Source: an uncultured bacterium (GTDB lineage Bacteria > Krumholzibacteriota > Krumholzibacteriia > Krumholzibacteriales > Krumholzibacteriaceae). From it: DNA of 64,000 bases. The first letter of the stretch is position 1. Each line of letters opens with the position of its first letter. Both the position numbers and the translations under genes were made by a program. Shown here piece by piece: positions 28,153 to 39,291 of the stretch. The DNA is taken from positions 160,001 to 224,000 of the forward strand of contig CAWBAN010000005.1 of the NCBI GenBank assembly GCA_963786935.1. Direction: 5' to 3'. Below the pieces are notes generated by a model that saw only the letters and a list, made by a program, of their open reading frames with translations, was not told the origin of the DNA and ran no database searches.

Positions 28153-29574
28153 TTACGGGTGGATCTCGCTCCCGCCCACGGTGATTTCGGATATCTTGAT
28201 CGTCGGCAGGCCCACGCCGACGGGAACGTGCTGCCCCTTGCCGCAGGTCCAGCGGCCGTCCGAAATCCGGAGGTCGCTCCCGACCATGGTGACCTTCGAG
28301 AGGACGTCGGGGCCGTTGCCGATGATCGTGAGGTTTTTGACCGGCGCCTGGATCCGGCCGTCCTCCACCAGATACGCCTCGACCGGCACGAAGACGAAAT
28401 CGCCGTTCGAGATATCGACCTCGCCGCCGCGGAACGATTTGCAGAAGATGCCGCGGCGCGTCGAGCCGAGGATCTCCTCGGGATCGCTCTGTCCGTTCGC
28501 GAGGTAGGTCACGGTCATCCGCGGCGCGGGGGGATGGCGGTACGATTCGCGTCGTCCGTTCCCCGTCGGGGGAACGCCGAACAGCGCGGCGCTGATGCGG
28601 TCGTGCATGAAGCCGCGCAGAATCCCTTTTTCGATGAGGACGGTGGAGGAGGTGATCGTCCCCTCGTCGTCGAAATTGATCGAGCCGCGGTCGTTCGGGA
28701 CCGTGCCGTTGTCGATGACGGTCACGAGCTCGCTCGCGACCTTGTGACCGACGCGATTCGTGTAGGCCGACGTGCCCTTCCTGATGAAATCGGCCTCGAG
28801 GGGGTGTCCGACCGTCTCGTGCAGGAGAACGCCCGATTCGGCGTGGGCGAGGATGAGCTCCATCGGCCCCGCGGGGGCGTCGATCGCCCCGAGGAGGAGG
28901 ATCGCCTGGCGCGCCGCCTCGCGGCCGTGCTCCGCCGGCGACATCCTCGTGGCGAAATACTCGTTTCCGATTCTCCCGCCGCCGCTCGAGGTGCCGACCT
29001 GGCGATTCCCGTTCGTCTCCGCGACGACGTTCACGACGAACCGCAGCATGGGACGCATGTCGCGCAGGATTCTCCCGTCCGATGTCGCGATCTGCACCGC
29101 GCTCAGATCGTCCGCGATCGAGACGCTCACCTTCACGATGCGCGGGTCGAACTCGCGCGCCGCGCGCTCCGCCTCCTCGACCCACGCGATCTTCCGTTTC
29201 AGGGGAGTCCCGGTCGCCGGTTCCTCGATCGGGTACCGGTTCGCGAACGGCACCCCCGTGAGCGAAACGGGGGGGACTCCCGCCTTCGATTCGGCGATGG
29301 CAGCCGCCGTGAGGGCGGCCTCCTTCATCTTTTCGAACGAGGCGTCCTCCGTGTAGGCGTACCCCGTCCCCTCGCCGTTCACGACCCTGATTCCCATCCC
29401 GTGCGCGATCGCGAGCTCCCCCTGCTTGACGATTCCCTCTTCCATCGTGATCTGGTTGAGCCTCGTGTGCTCGAAGAAGAGGTCGCAGAAGGAGCCGCCG
29501 CGCGAGAGCGCGAACGAGAAGATCTTCCTCATCGTCTCCTCGTCGACGCCGAAATGGTCCGTATAGGGAAGCAA
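28153..29574 (-). CDS. tldD: TldD metalloprotease
   Basis: HETVGHPLEAD, FDDEG, TGNGRRESY, PRMT, C-terminal CGKGQ. Confidence 0.94.
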   Translation of the reverse strand: MLPYTDHFGVDEETMRKIFSFALSRGGSFCDLFFEHTRLNQITMEEGIVKQGELAIAHGMGIRVVNGEGTGYAYTEDASFEKMKEAALTAAAIAESKAGVPPVSLTGVPFANRYPIEEPATGTPLKRKIAWVEEAERAAREFDPRIVKVSVSIADDLSAVQIATSDGRILRDMRPMLRFVVNVVAETNGNRQVGTSSGGGRIGNEYFATRMSPAEHGREAARQAILLLGAIDAPAGPMELILAHAESGVLLHETVGHPLEADFIRKGTSAYTNRVGHKVASELVTVIDNGTVPNDRGSINFDDEGTITSSTVLIEKGILRGFMHDRISAALFGVPPTGNGRRESYRHPPAPRMTVTYLANGQSDPEEILGSTRRGIFCKSFRGGEVDISNGDFVFVPVEAYLVEDGRIQAPVKNLTIIGNGPDVLSKVTMVGSDLRISDGRWTCGKGQHVPVGVGLPTIKISEITVGGSEIHP

Positions 29575-29697
29575 AATCTCCTTACCTCCATGCGGGGAGA
29601 CTCGCGCTTCTATTGCTCGTCTGTAATTGAACCGCTATAATAGAGGTGAACGGGCGATTTGGGAAGGATAATTCTGGTGCACCTCCGCGAAAATCTC

Positions 29698-31872
29698 ATG
29701 AGCGCGGCACGGATCGTTTTCTTCCTCGCGTGCGCCGTCCTGGGGGCGGCGCTGCTCTCCATTGCGCCGAACGCGGCCGCGGCCCGATCCGGAGATGGAT
29801 CGCGCATACGATCGATCGACTGTTCCATCGTTGAACAAGTCGAGGGCTACCGGCTCGAGCGGCTCGTTCGCGCTCTGGGCGGCGCGGATTCGATATTCTC
29901 CGGCGACGACCGGACCAGAATCGCCACGCGGTATGCGCTCGCCGCCGAGATGGACGTCGTGCGGCGCTACCTGACGGACGAGATCCGGAGCGCGGGATAC
30001 GAGCCGGCGATCGGGCGGTTCATTCTCAACGTCGCCGTGCCGGACCTCACGGGAACGGCACTCTCGGGCGCGGGTGACACCGTGTGGGTTTCCGACTCGC
30101 AGGGGAAGATCTACCGTTCGGCGGCCGCGAACGGCTGGCAGGCATTCGATCGCCGCGGAACCATCGGCCATATCGTCTACGATCTCGAGCGCGATCCGGG
30201 GGGGAGGCTCTGGGCGGCGGTCAGGCTCACCGGCTCCGCGTACGGCGCCCTGTTCATGTCGGCCGACGGCGGCGCGAGCTGGGGCGCGCGGGCCCAGGGA
30301 ACGGATATCTACACGCTCGGAACGATCGCGTTCTCGAGCGAGCAGTTCGGAATGGCCGCCGGATCGAACGGCACCGTTCTCCGGACGGCCGATTTCGGCG
30401 AATCGTGGTCGCCGCTCGATCCCGCGACGTTCGGATACGAGGCGTTCAACGGGGTCGCGGCGAGCGGATTGCTGCGCTACTGGCTCATCACCGATTCCGG
30501 ATATCTGTATGACACGAGCGATTTCGGAGCGACATGGCTCCGCCGCTCCCTGATGTACCCGATGCGGCTCACCGGGATCGCGTTCCACGGCGAGCGGGCG
30601 GGGGTCGCCGTCGGGAGCGGAAAGGCGTTCTACACGAAGGACGGCGGCGTCACCTGGAACTCCGTTTCGGTCGCGACCGAGTTCACCGCCGTCTGCATGC
30701 GCGATTCGCTCAAGGTTGTGGCTTCCGGGACCGGCGGCGAGGTATGGGTGAGCGAGGACGGCGGCGCGACGTGGGGGAGGTTCGGGACCGAGTGCTCCCT
30801 CGCGCGCGACGTCTGGTCGATCGCCTCGGCGGACGGCGCCTCGTACTGGCTCGCGGGGAGGGATCTCGCGCGGCGCGTCGTCTGGAGCGGCGCGATCAAG
30901 GACTGCGCTGCCCGTCAATTCGCCGACACGATCTGGGGGGAGAACATCTCGTTCCGCCGCGAGGGCGAAAGCGATCCCGGCCGGCGCGTGCTTCTGACGG
31001 CGCATTACGATTCGAGGTCGGGATCCCCCTACGACTGCGCGCCGGGCGCCGACGACAACGCCACCGGCGTCGCCGCGGTGCTCGAGTGCTCGCGCATCCT
31101 GCGCGGCGAGCGGCTCGCCCGCTCGGTGGAGTTCGTCCTCTTCGACGGCGAGGAGCTCGGGCTCGTCGGAAGCCGCGCCTACGCCGCGGCGCTCGACACG
31201 GACGTCGTGTACGACGGCGTTCTCAATCTCGACATGCTCGGCTGGGATCCGAATCCGATGGCCCTGTCGGCGGCGATCGGCCGGCGCGCCGGCGCGACTC
31301 CCGACACGATTCTCTCCGACGCGATCAACGCCGCGATCGAGGAGTGCGATCTCCCGCTTTCGATTTCGTACCTTGCGCCGGGCGCGCCGGGCTCGAGCGA
31401 TCACATCGCGTTCTGGGACGTCGGCGTTCCCGCCGTGCTTCTGATCGAGGGAGGGACCCGAGAGGAGCGGACGCCGTACTACCACACGTGCGGCGACGCG
31501 GCGAACACGCTGAACTACGATTTTCTCGCGGTCTGCACGCGGGCGGCGCTCGGCGCGATCGCGGACCTCGCGGGGCTCGTGCCCGCCGGGCAGCCGCGCT
31601 TCGCGCTCGCCCCGAACTTCCCGAATCCCTTCAATTCGGGCACGGTCCTCTCCTACTCGCTCGACGAGCCGGCCGACATGGAGCTCGCGGTCTACGACGT
31701 CGCAGGGCGCCGCGTGGCGCTCATCGAGCGGTCGAGCAGGGGAGCGGGGGAGTACCGGCGCCCGTGGGACGGCACGGACGAGGCGGGCCGGCGCCTCTCG
31801 AGCGGCGTCTATTTCCTGCGCCTCAAAGCGGGCGCTTCCGAGGCGGTCAGGAAGGTCGTTATCCTCAGATAG
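29698..31872 (+). CDS. Secreted M28 peptidase with inserted BNR/YCF48-like propeller and FlgD-Ig C-terminal domain
   Basis: SxDGGxxW repeats; AHYDS, GADDNATG, GEELGL, NLDM, SDH, YHT; NFPNPFN...KVVILR. Confidence 0.9.
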   Translation: MSAARIVFFLACAVLGAALLSIAPNAAAARSGDGSRIRSIDCSIVEQVEGYRLERLVRALGGADSIFSGDDRTRIATRYALAAEMDVVRRYLTDEIRSAGYEPAIGRFILNVAVPDLTGTALSGAGDTVWVSDSQGKIYRSAAANGWQAFDRRGTIGHIVYDLERDPGGRLWAAVRLTGSAYGALFMSADGGASWGARAQGTDIYTLGTIAFSSEQFGMAAGSNGTVLRTADFGESWSPLDPATFGYEAFNGVAASGLLRYWLITDSGYLYDTSDFGATWLRRSLMYPMRLTGIAFHGERAGVAVGSGKAFYTKDGGVTWNSVSVATEFTAVCMRDSLKVVASGTGGEVWVSEDGGATWGRFGTECSLARDVWSIASADGASYWLAGRDLARRVVWSGAIKDCAARQFADTIWGENISFRREGESDPGRRVLLTAHYDSRSGSPYDCAPGADDNATGVAAVLECSRILRGERLARSVEFVLFDGEELGLVGSRAYAAALDTDVVYDGVLNLDMLGWDPNPMALSAAIGRRAGATPDTILSDAINAAIEECDLPLSISYLAPGAPGSSDHIAFWDVGVPAVLLIEGGTREERTPYYHTCGDAANTLNYDFLAVCTRAALGAIADLAGLVPAGQPRFALAPNFPNPFNSGTVLSYSLDEPADMELAVYDVAGRRVALIERSSRGAGEYRRPWDGTDEAGRRLSSGVYFLRLKAGASEAVRKVVILR

Positions 31873-33016
31873 GCCGATCGAGGAGATCGAGCACGCGCTC
31901 GACCTCACCGTCCGTGTTGTAGAAATGCGGCGAGAGCCTGATCGCGCCCTCGCGGAGGCTCACGACGACGCGTCTCGCCATGAGCCGTTCGAAGAGCTTC
32001 TCCGTTCGACCGGCCCCGTGCCGGAAGCAGATGATCCCCGAGCGTTCCCGCTTCCCGCGGGGGCTCGTCACGATATGGCCGCGCGACCGGAGACCCCGCT
32101 CGAGGAGATCGGTGATCCCGAGGATCCGCTTCTCGACGCGCGCCGTGCCGATCTCGAGGAAGCGCCCGATCGTCGCGCCGAGCCCGGCGATCCCGTATAG
32201 ATTGAGCGTGCCCTCCTCGAATCTCCCCGCGTCCCCCCGGGGCGTCGGATCGTAATCGAGGTAGGCCCGCGGATTCCGCACGCCGAGCCAGCCCGGATTC
32301 CAGACGTCGGTCTCGTCGAGAAGCTCCTCGCGGCAGTAGAAGAACCCCGTTCCCACGGGGCCGAGGAGCCACTTGTGAGCGCCGGCGGAGAGGAAATCGA
32401 TCTTCATCGCGCGCACGTCGCAGCGGAGCATGCCGAGCGACTGGATCCCGTCGACGTGGAGGTATATTTCCCGGCTTCGGCAGAAGGAGCCGAGCGCGGC
32501 GAGATCGACGCGATAGCCGTTCGAGAACTGGACCGCGCTCACCGTGACGCAGCGCGTCCGCGCGGTGCAGGCGGCGGCGAGCATCTCGGCCGTGATTCTC
32601 CCGTCGCGCGGCGGCACGAGAACGGTCCGCACGCCGCGCTTCTCGAGGGCGATCCACGGGTACGCGTTCGCGGGAAACTCGATCGAGGGCATGACGACGT
32701 TGTCCCCGCGCTTCCAGCGGATGCCGTTCGCGGCGAGCAGCACCCCCTGCGTCGTGTTCTTGACGAACGCGATCTCGCCGGGGCGGGCGCCGACGAGGCG
32801 CGCGGCGCACGTGCGCGTGTCGTCGACCATGCCGAACACGGCGTCCTCGCAGAGAACCCCTTTCTCGAAGAAGCCGTCCGCCACGGCGTTCATCGCCGCC
32901 CGCACGCGGGTCGAGAGCGGGCTCACCGCCGCGTGGTTGAAATAGATATATCGTTTCGCCGCGGGGAATTCCTTCCGGTAGCGCTCCGCGTCGAAGCCCC
33001 CTTGTTTCGTGTCCAC
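31865..33016 (-). CDS. Class V PLP-dependent aminotransferase/lyase
   Basis: YFNHAAVSP, NTTQG, EFPAN, VDGIQ, AHKWLLGP, RLSPHFYN. Confidence 0.9.
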   Translation of the reverse strand: MDTKQGGFDAERYRKEFPAAKRYIYFNHAAVSPLSTRVRAAMNAVADGFFEKGVLCEDAVFGMVDDTRTCAARLVGARPGEIAFVKNTTQGVLLAANGIRWKRGDNVVMPSIEFPANAYPWIALEKRGVRTVLVPPRDGRITAEMLAAACTARTRCVTVSAVQFSNGYRVDLAALGSFCRSREIYLHVDGIQSLGMLRCDVRAMKIDFLSAGAHKWLLGPVGTGFFYCREELLDETDVWNPGWLGVRNPRAYLDYDPTPRGDAGRFEEGTLNLYGIAGLGATIGRFLEIGTARVEKRILGITDLLERGLRSRGHIVTSPRGKRERSGIICFRHGAGRTEKLFERLMARRVVVSLREGAIRLSPHFYNTDGEVERVLDLLDRPI

Positions 33017-33153
33017 GCGCACCTCCGGGTGACGAACCGTTCCAGTACGGAACATACACGCCCCGGCGCGGCGCGAACAAGCGGAAAACGATTCCGCCCC
33101 GCGGCGCGCCGGTGGTATCATGGGCCGGTGCCCCAACGCCCGGGAGGAGACGA

Positions 33154-34482
33154 GTGGCATTCGCCCGAAACGCAGCGATCACCTTCGTCACGAGAATCGC
33201 GCTCATTCTCGTCGGTCTCGTGACGAGCGTCATCATGGCGCGCTCGCTCGGCCCGGCGGGGAGGGGGCTTTTCTCGCTCGCCGTCGTCACGTCGATGATG
33301 GTTTTCTACGCGACGAACCTCGGCGTGGGCGCGGTGTCGGGGTATTTTCTCGGGCGTAAGAAGACTCCCCTCGCCGTTCTCGCGGGCAACCTGCTGAGCA
33401 TCTCGACGGTCGTCGGCGCGGCGGCGCTCGCCCTTTCGCTCGCGCTGTCGGGCGTCATCGCCTCGAGGATCATCCCCTCGGTTCCGCACTGGGCGATCGT
33501 CGCCGCGCTCTTCGCGGTGCCGTTCGCCGGTCTCCTGTACAGTTTCCAGATGCTCTTTCGCGCGAACGACGACTTCCGCAATTTCAACCTCGTCGAGCTG
33601 CTTCAGCCCTGCTCGTTCTTCGTCGTCTTCATCCTCGGGATGGCGCTCGTTCCGGCGCGGCTCTTCGGCGTGTCCATCGTCGGGTATCTCGTTTCCATGA
33701 TCGTCGCCGGGCTCGGCGCGGTGCTTTTGATGAGAAGGTGCGTGCGGTTCGGATTCCGGTGGGATCCCGACATCGTCAAAGGCACGCTCCGCTTCGGTGT
33801 GCAGCAGAACGCCGCGATATTTCTCGACATCCTCAACTACCGGTTCGACATGCTCCTCGTGAACTATTTCCTCGATCCGGCGCACGTCGGCTTCTACGCG
33901 GTCTCGCTGGCGCTCCCCGAGAAGCTCTGGAACGTGCCGAACATCCTCTCGTCGGTGCTCCATCCGCGCGTCGCCCGCGCGGGAAGCGACGAGGAGGCGA
34001 ACCGGGACACGGCACGGGTGTCGCGGATCACCGTGCTCATCATCGGCGTCTCCTGCGTCGCGATCCTCCTCTTCGGAGGCTTCCTCGTCCGGCTCCTGTA
34101 CTCCGAACGGTTCTCGCCCGCCGTCTCGCCCATGCTCATTCTGCTCCCGGGCATCCTCATGATGAGCGTGGCGAAGGTCCTGACGAGCGATCTCATCGCC
34201 CGGGGCTATCCGCGGGCGAACATGTGGGCGGGGCTCGTCGCCGTCGCCGCGAACGTCGGCTGCAACGTGATCATGATCCCGCCTCTGGGGATCGCGGGCG
34301 CGGCGCTCGCCTCGACCGTTTCCTACACGCTCTACGCCGCGGTCGTCGCGGGCTACTTCGTCCGGGTCACCGGAGTGCGGCTCGACCTGGTTATGGTGCC
34401 GCGCGCCGCCGACGCGCGCCATCTCATGGGCGCCGTCCGGCGGGAGCTGTCGAGGATATTCGTTCGGGCGGGGGAACGGTAG
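33154..34482 (+). CDS. Oligosaccharide flippase (Wzx/MOP superfamily)
   Basis: GGAGGAG RBS with GTG start; ARSLGPAGRG, RFDMLLV...VGFY, PPLGIAGAALAS. Confidence 0.88.
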   Translation: MAFARNAAITFVTRIALILVGLVTSVIMARSLGPAGRGLFSLAVVTSMMVFYATNLGVGAVSGYFLGRKKTPLAVLAGNLLSISTVVGAAALALSLALSGVIASRIIPSVPHWAIVAALFAVPFAGLLYSFQMLFRANDDFRNFNLVELLQPCSFFVVFILGMALVPARLFGVSIVGYLVSMIVAGLGAVLLMRRCVRFGFRWDPDIVKGTLRFGVQQNAAIFLDILNYRFDMLLVNYFLDPAHVGFYAVSLALPEKLWNVPNILSSVLHPRVARAGSDEEANRDTARVSRITVLIIGVSCVAILLFGGFLVRLLYSERFSPAVSPMLILLPGILMMSVAKVLTSDLIARGYPRANMWAGLVAVAANVGCNVIMIPPLGIAGAALASTVSYTLYAAVVAGYFVRVTGVRLDLVMVPRAADARHLMGAVRRELSRIFVRAGER

Positions 34483-34483
34483 A

Positions 34484-35335
34484 TCAGCGCTTTCGGGCCT
34501 GCACGGTGAGATCGGAGCACGAGAGGTCGTCGTCCGAGATGCCCTTCCAGCGGCGGGACAGCCGCGGTCGCGCGATTCCGTCCGTTCTCGTCACGCGCTT
34601 CGTCGAGAGGATCTCGAACCCGTTCTTCTCCAGAAGGGCGAGGTGCGTCGAGCAGGGCTCGCGGTTGATGAGGTAGGGGCGCCTGCCGGCGATCATCTTC
34701 CACATGAATTCGGGATACGCGCGGTAGCCGTTCCACCGGGCCGCCGTGCCGTGGGACGTGAAATCGATCTGGTGGGACATCATCCCGCCGGGCTTCAGCC
34801 AGCGGGAGAGCGCCCGGTAGGTGCTCTCGAGATCGATGACGTGCTCGAGGACGGCGTGCGATATGACGGCGTCGATCGACGCGGGCTCGATCACGCGCTC
34901 ATCCGACCACGGCACCATATACCGGATCGTCGTTCCGCCGCGATCGGTCCCCGGCGAGAGGATCGCTTCCCGGATCCGCGAGATCCGATGCTCGTCGAGC
35001 GACGCGTCCCGCTCGCGCGACAGCGAGGCGAGCTCGTCGAAAATCGCGAGATTGGCCTCGGCGTTGGAGAATCGGACGACGTCGAGCGCGCAGTAGCGTT
35101 CGACGCCCGAGAGGAGCGCGGCGAGGCCCACGCCGATGGAATCCCCCGGCCCGAGCTCCGCGAGCGTCCGGGGCATCTCGCGCATGCCGGCGGCGCGCAG
35201 GAGCGCGAGATGCTTGAGCCAGACCTCGAGGCAGTAGGAAGCCTTATCCGTGCCGCCGGTGCGCCCCTTCGGCAGCACGCGCGAAGCGCCGGGGATAAAC
35301 GTCAGGAGGCCTTTGACGAAGGGTTTGATCACCAT
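34484..35335 (-). CDS. Class I SAM-dependent methyltransferase
   Basis: ELGPGDS, SHAVLEHV, LKPGG. Confidence 0.85.
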   Translation of the reverse strand: MVIKPFVKGLLTFIPGASRVLPKGRTGGTDKASYCLEVWLKHLALLRAAGMREMPRTLAELGPGDSIGVGLAALLSGVERYCALDVVRFSNAEANLAIFDELASLSRERDASLDEHRISRIREAILSPGTDRGGTTIRYMVPWSDERVIEPASIDAVISHAVLEHVIDLESTYRALSRWLKPGGMMSHQIDFTSHGTAARWNGYRAYPEFMWKMIAGRRPYLINREPCSTHLALLEKNGFEILSTKRVTRTDGIARPRLSRRWKGISDDDLSCSDLTVQARKR

Positions 35336-35348
35336 GCGCGCCGGCCGC

Positions 35349-37372
35349 TCAGCGGATGAGAACCATCTTCCTCGTCCGCGAGAACGATCCCGCGTCGAGG
35401 CGGTACAGGTACACCCCGCTCGAAACCGGCTTCCCCCTCGCGTCCGCGCCGTCCCAGCTCCGCTCGTGCAATCCGGCCGGGAGCGGCCCGTCCGCGAGCG
35501 AGCGCACGAGCCGTCCCGCCGCGTCGTAGACGCGCAGGGAGACGAGAGCCGGCTCCCGCAGGCTGAAACGAATCGTCGTCGCCGGATTGAACGGGTTCGG
35601 AAAGTTCTGGTCGAGCGCGGCGACCGCCGGAACATCCGTTCCCGTCGGCGCGAGCTCCGTCTTGTCGCAGAGGATCCAATGGCCGGGATCGAGCTCCGCG
35701 CCGAGCGCGGAGTCGGCGAGCGCCACGTGGAACTCCTCGTGCGCCTCGTCCACCCAGAACACGGTGTCGATGACGCCCGCCGCGGTCGTGATCCTGAAAT
35801 CGACGGGCATCGCGTAGGGACCGAGCTGCCCTTGGTCGACGACGATCGTGAGGTTGAACGCGTCGGCGAGGCGGTAGCATTTGCTCGCATAGCGATAGGT
35901 GGGCCGATCGGTGCGCGTGAGCCATTCGTCGAAGAACCACGAGAGGGGCGCGCCGTACTGCGCCTCGCAGAGCGCCCGGAAATCGTCCGTCTCCGCCGCC
36001 GCGAACCGGTAGCGCGGATCGGCGCAGTACTCCCCGAGGATCTGGAAGAAGGACGCGTCCCCGACGACGCGCCGCAGCATGTGGAGCACCCACGCGCCCT
36101 TGTCGTAGACGACGTTGTCGAAATAGTACCACGGATCGGCGTTGTCGGGATCCCGGAGAACCGGGCCGTTCCAGCGGTACGGGTGATCCTTGGATTCCAT
36201 GTACGTCTGGAGCTTCGCCGGGCCCTGCAGGTGCTCGAACCAGAGCGCCTCGCCGTAGCTCGCGAATCCCTCGTTGAGCCAGATGTGCGTCCAGTCCTTG
36301 CAGGTGATCATGTCGCCGAACCACATGTGAGCCATCTCGTGCACGAAGACCCAGTCGTAGTAATGGGTCCCCGTCACGAGGGAGGCGCCGTAGCTCGTGA
36401 GCGTCTGGTGCTCCATCCCCCCGCCGATGGGGCAGATCGCCACGCCGTACTTCTCGCCGGCGAAGGGGTAGAGCCCGAACGTGTCGGAGAAGAACCGGAG
36501 CGCCGGCACCGTGATGCTGAAATCGGTCGTCGCCTTCGACACGAGTGAGGGGTAGACGTAGTGCGTCACCGGCATCGTATCCCCCGGGGCGTAGACGAAT
36601 CGATCGTCGATCCTCGTATAGTACGCCGAGGTTACCGAGGCGAGGTAGGCCGACATCGGGTAGTCCTCGCGCCAGTGGTAGCGGCGATACGGCGCGCTCC
36701 AGCGCGTCTCGCTCGTGTATCCGAGGTAGGTGCCGTTCGACGTGGCGAAGAGCGGCGTGGGCACGGAGAAATAGAGATCGAACGTCGCCTTGTCGTCGGG
36801 ATAGTCCTTGCAGGGCCACCAGCCCCGCGCCGACCAAGGCTCGCTCAGCGAGTAGATGAGCGGGTAGCCGGAAGCGCTGGAGAAGAAGAGCCCCGGCTCG
36901 GCCGCGCCGTCGGGGGTCCCGGTGTAGATGATCTCGACGTCGACCGTGTCCCCCGCGGCGACGCCCGCGGGGAAGTCGATGGTGACGATGCCGGGCGAGC
37001 GCGTCCATTCGAGCGTGTCGCCGGCCGCCCTGCGCGCCCCCGATATTACGAGCGCGTCGTCGGCGTCGATCTCGATGACGTCGATCGCTCCCGCGACCGG
37101 CGTCACGCGCATCGTGACGCTTCCCTCCACGAGGCGCGATGTCGGATTGATCGCGATGTCGATCGTATAGTGGACGACGTCGTAGAGCAGCTGAGCGGGC
37201 GTCGGCTGCGGCGCGAGGCCCGGGCGGAGCGGGGCGACCCGCATCGAGCGCGCGAAGCTTCCATCTTCCGGAGAACGTCGCGGTGGATCGTCTCGAAGGG
37301 GGACTGGGCGCGGACGGCGACCGCGGCGAGCGCGCAGAACGCGGCGACTAACAAGGGAATCTCTCGGCGCAT
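35349..37372 (-). CDS. Secreted M1 aminopeptidase with FlgD-Ig C-terminal domain (frameshift near 37245)
   Basis: GGMEH, HEMAH...WLNEGFA, YDKGA, QNFPNPFNP; the signal peptide and RBS lie in a different frame (ATG 37372). Confidence 0.87.
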
Positions 37373-37408
37373 GATCGAATCCTCCCGGAACCGATTGCCA
37401 TTTAATTA

Positions 37409-37437
37409 ATTATAGCATTCATGGGACGAATTGGCAA
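37409..37437 (-). promoter_or_regulatory. sigma70 promoter of the M1 peptidase gene
   Basis: TTGCCA-17 nt-TATAAT with an extended TG. Confidence 0.7.
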
Positions 37438-37462
37438 CCTGGCGTTTCAAGGGATACGGCCG

Positions 37463-38762
37463 TCAATCCTCGTTGAGATAGCTCTGGCCGCGCCGCATGC
37501 GCGCGATATTCGTGAAGTACCCCGGCATGAACGAGGCGAGGCGGTAGATGATTCTCCACGCGGCTCAAGTAGTGGCCGAGGTCGAAGTAGAGCGGGTGGA
37601 GGACCGGCACGAAGACCCCTCTCCGCGGCGGCCGAGCGGTCGAACCGTCCGAGGAGCTCGCGCTCGAGCTCCCGCTGGAACTCCGGGCCCGGCGCGACGT
37701 CGAGATCGGCGAAATGCTGCCCGATGCTCAGCGTGCGCATCGGTATCACGCCGGCCGGGAGATGGAGCGGGTGGAAGTAGCCGTTGCGATACATCGTCTC
37801 GTATTTGAAGCCCGCCCCCTCGATAGCCATTCTCGTGTTGTTCCGTGAGATTGCTGTTCAGCTCGCCTCCGTGCATGCAGACGCCCGCCGCTTCCGCTCC
37901 GGTGATGTATTCGAGGAGCCGCTTCTCCCCGGCGGCGGCCTTGAACTCGTTCCCGAAGCGTCCCGACGTCGTCACGAACTCGCCGTGCAGCGCCATTTCG
38001 TTCGCGCCGATGAGCCGCGAGATAGCGTCTGATTTCCCGCGCGCCGTAGAACGGCCCGCACGGACGGACATAGGCGGTGCTGCGCGCGCCGTATTTCCCC
38101 TCGAGCGCGTGGATGAGCGGCATGTTCACGATCGCCTTGTCGACGTCGAAGCGCGGGCTCAGGGCCGCGCGGTAGGGGCGGCCGTCCCGGTGCGGCAGGC
38201 TCCAGATCCGGAGCTCGGGGACGCCCCGCCGCTCGTGCGCCGCACGGACCGCCGCGCGCACGGCGGCGATCTCCTCCCCGCCGTAGAATTGATGCGCGAC
38301 GGCCGTGTCGATGAGCGCGCGCAGCGCCGGATCGAGCGCCGCCATCCTGATGTCGGCGACGTCGTCGAGGAACGTCGGAGCGACATGGCCGTATCCGAGA
38401 TGCGTGAACATCTCCCGGGCGAAGTCCTGATACATCGAGGAGCAGTGGTAGCTGATCTCGAGCGCGCCGCGCGGGACGTGCGCGGCGACGGGATGATCGA
38501 AGGGGGGAACGCGCAGCTCCTTCCCGTAGATCTCGGCGACGGCGTTCGCGAGCGGGCAGGAAACGCGGATCGCGCCGGGCTCCGCGACGCGGATATCGAG
38601 CGCCGCGGCACCCCTCGCCTCCCACCACGCGGCCACCTCGCGCTGCGTCGCGAACCAGACGTCCCCGCGCGCGGCGGCGCGGGCGAGGAGGGCCTCATAC
38701 GGCGCGCGGTTCTTCACGAGCCGGTGTCTGGCGATCGCCCGCTGCAGCATTCCGAGGTTCAT
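37463..38762 (-). pseudogene. Polysaccharide deacetylase-like protein broken by about 4 frameshifts (possibly artefactual)
   Basis: Successive frames give RFDVD, EMALHG, GVCMH, AGFKYET, FVPVLHP and ...SYLNED*. Confidence 0.55.
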
Positions 38763-38771
38763 ATGCGCCGC

Positions 38772-39287
38772 TCACGGCTTGTAAGGCTTGAGCTTCTTGA
38801 GGAATTCCTTGTACTCGCCGGGACCCGCGAGCGGGATGCCGCACCGCGCCACCGGCACGGCGGGATTGCCCTGCACGAGCGTCATCGGCGGAACGTTCTT
38901 CGTGACGACGCTCCCCGCGGCAACCGCGGATCCCCGCCCGATCACGACGTTCGGGAGAATGATGACCCCGGGGCCGATGAACACGTCGTCCTCGAGCTTG
39001 ATCGATATGTGCTCCTCTCCCGGTCCCTTCGACTGTATGGGAATGCCGTGGAAATGCGCGATCATCGTCGTGCGCATGTTGATCTCGACGTTGTTGCCGA
39101 ACGAGATGCGCTCCGGATACTCCGTTTCGAGAATGAGATCGTACCCGAGCCAGACGTCATGGCCCATCCTGATGCCGCGGGCCTTGTGGCACCAGATGCG
39201 GAACGTGGTGGCGCCCGGCATGAAGCGCGCGAGATGCTGCAGGGATCTCGTCTTGAAGGCGCGGCAGTATCGTCTGAAGCGACTCAT
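38772..39287 (-). CDS. Hexapeptide-repeat (LbH) acyltransferase
   Basis: DDVFIGPGVIILPNVVIGRGSAVAAGSVVTKNVP...GNPA. Confidence 0.92.
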   Translation of the reverse strand: MSRFRRYCRAFKTRSLQHLARFMPGATTFRIWCHKARGIRMGHDVWLGYDLILETEYPERISFGNNVEINMRTTMIAHFHGIPIQSKGPGEEHISIKLEDDVFIGPGVIILPNVVIGRGSAVAAGSVVTKNVPPMTLVQGNPAVPVARCGIPLAGPGEYKEFLKKLKPYKP

Positions 39288-39291
39288 GGCG

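Noticed and set aside
26793..29574. TldD/PmbA as part of a RiPP cluster
   Set aside because: No precursor peptide, YcaO or radical SAM gene nearby.
31865..33016. SufS/IscS or selenocysteine lyase linked to the selenoprotein
   Set aside because: The catalytic Cys loop (RxGHHCA or SSGSAC) is absent.
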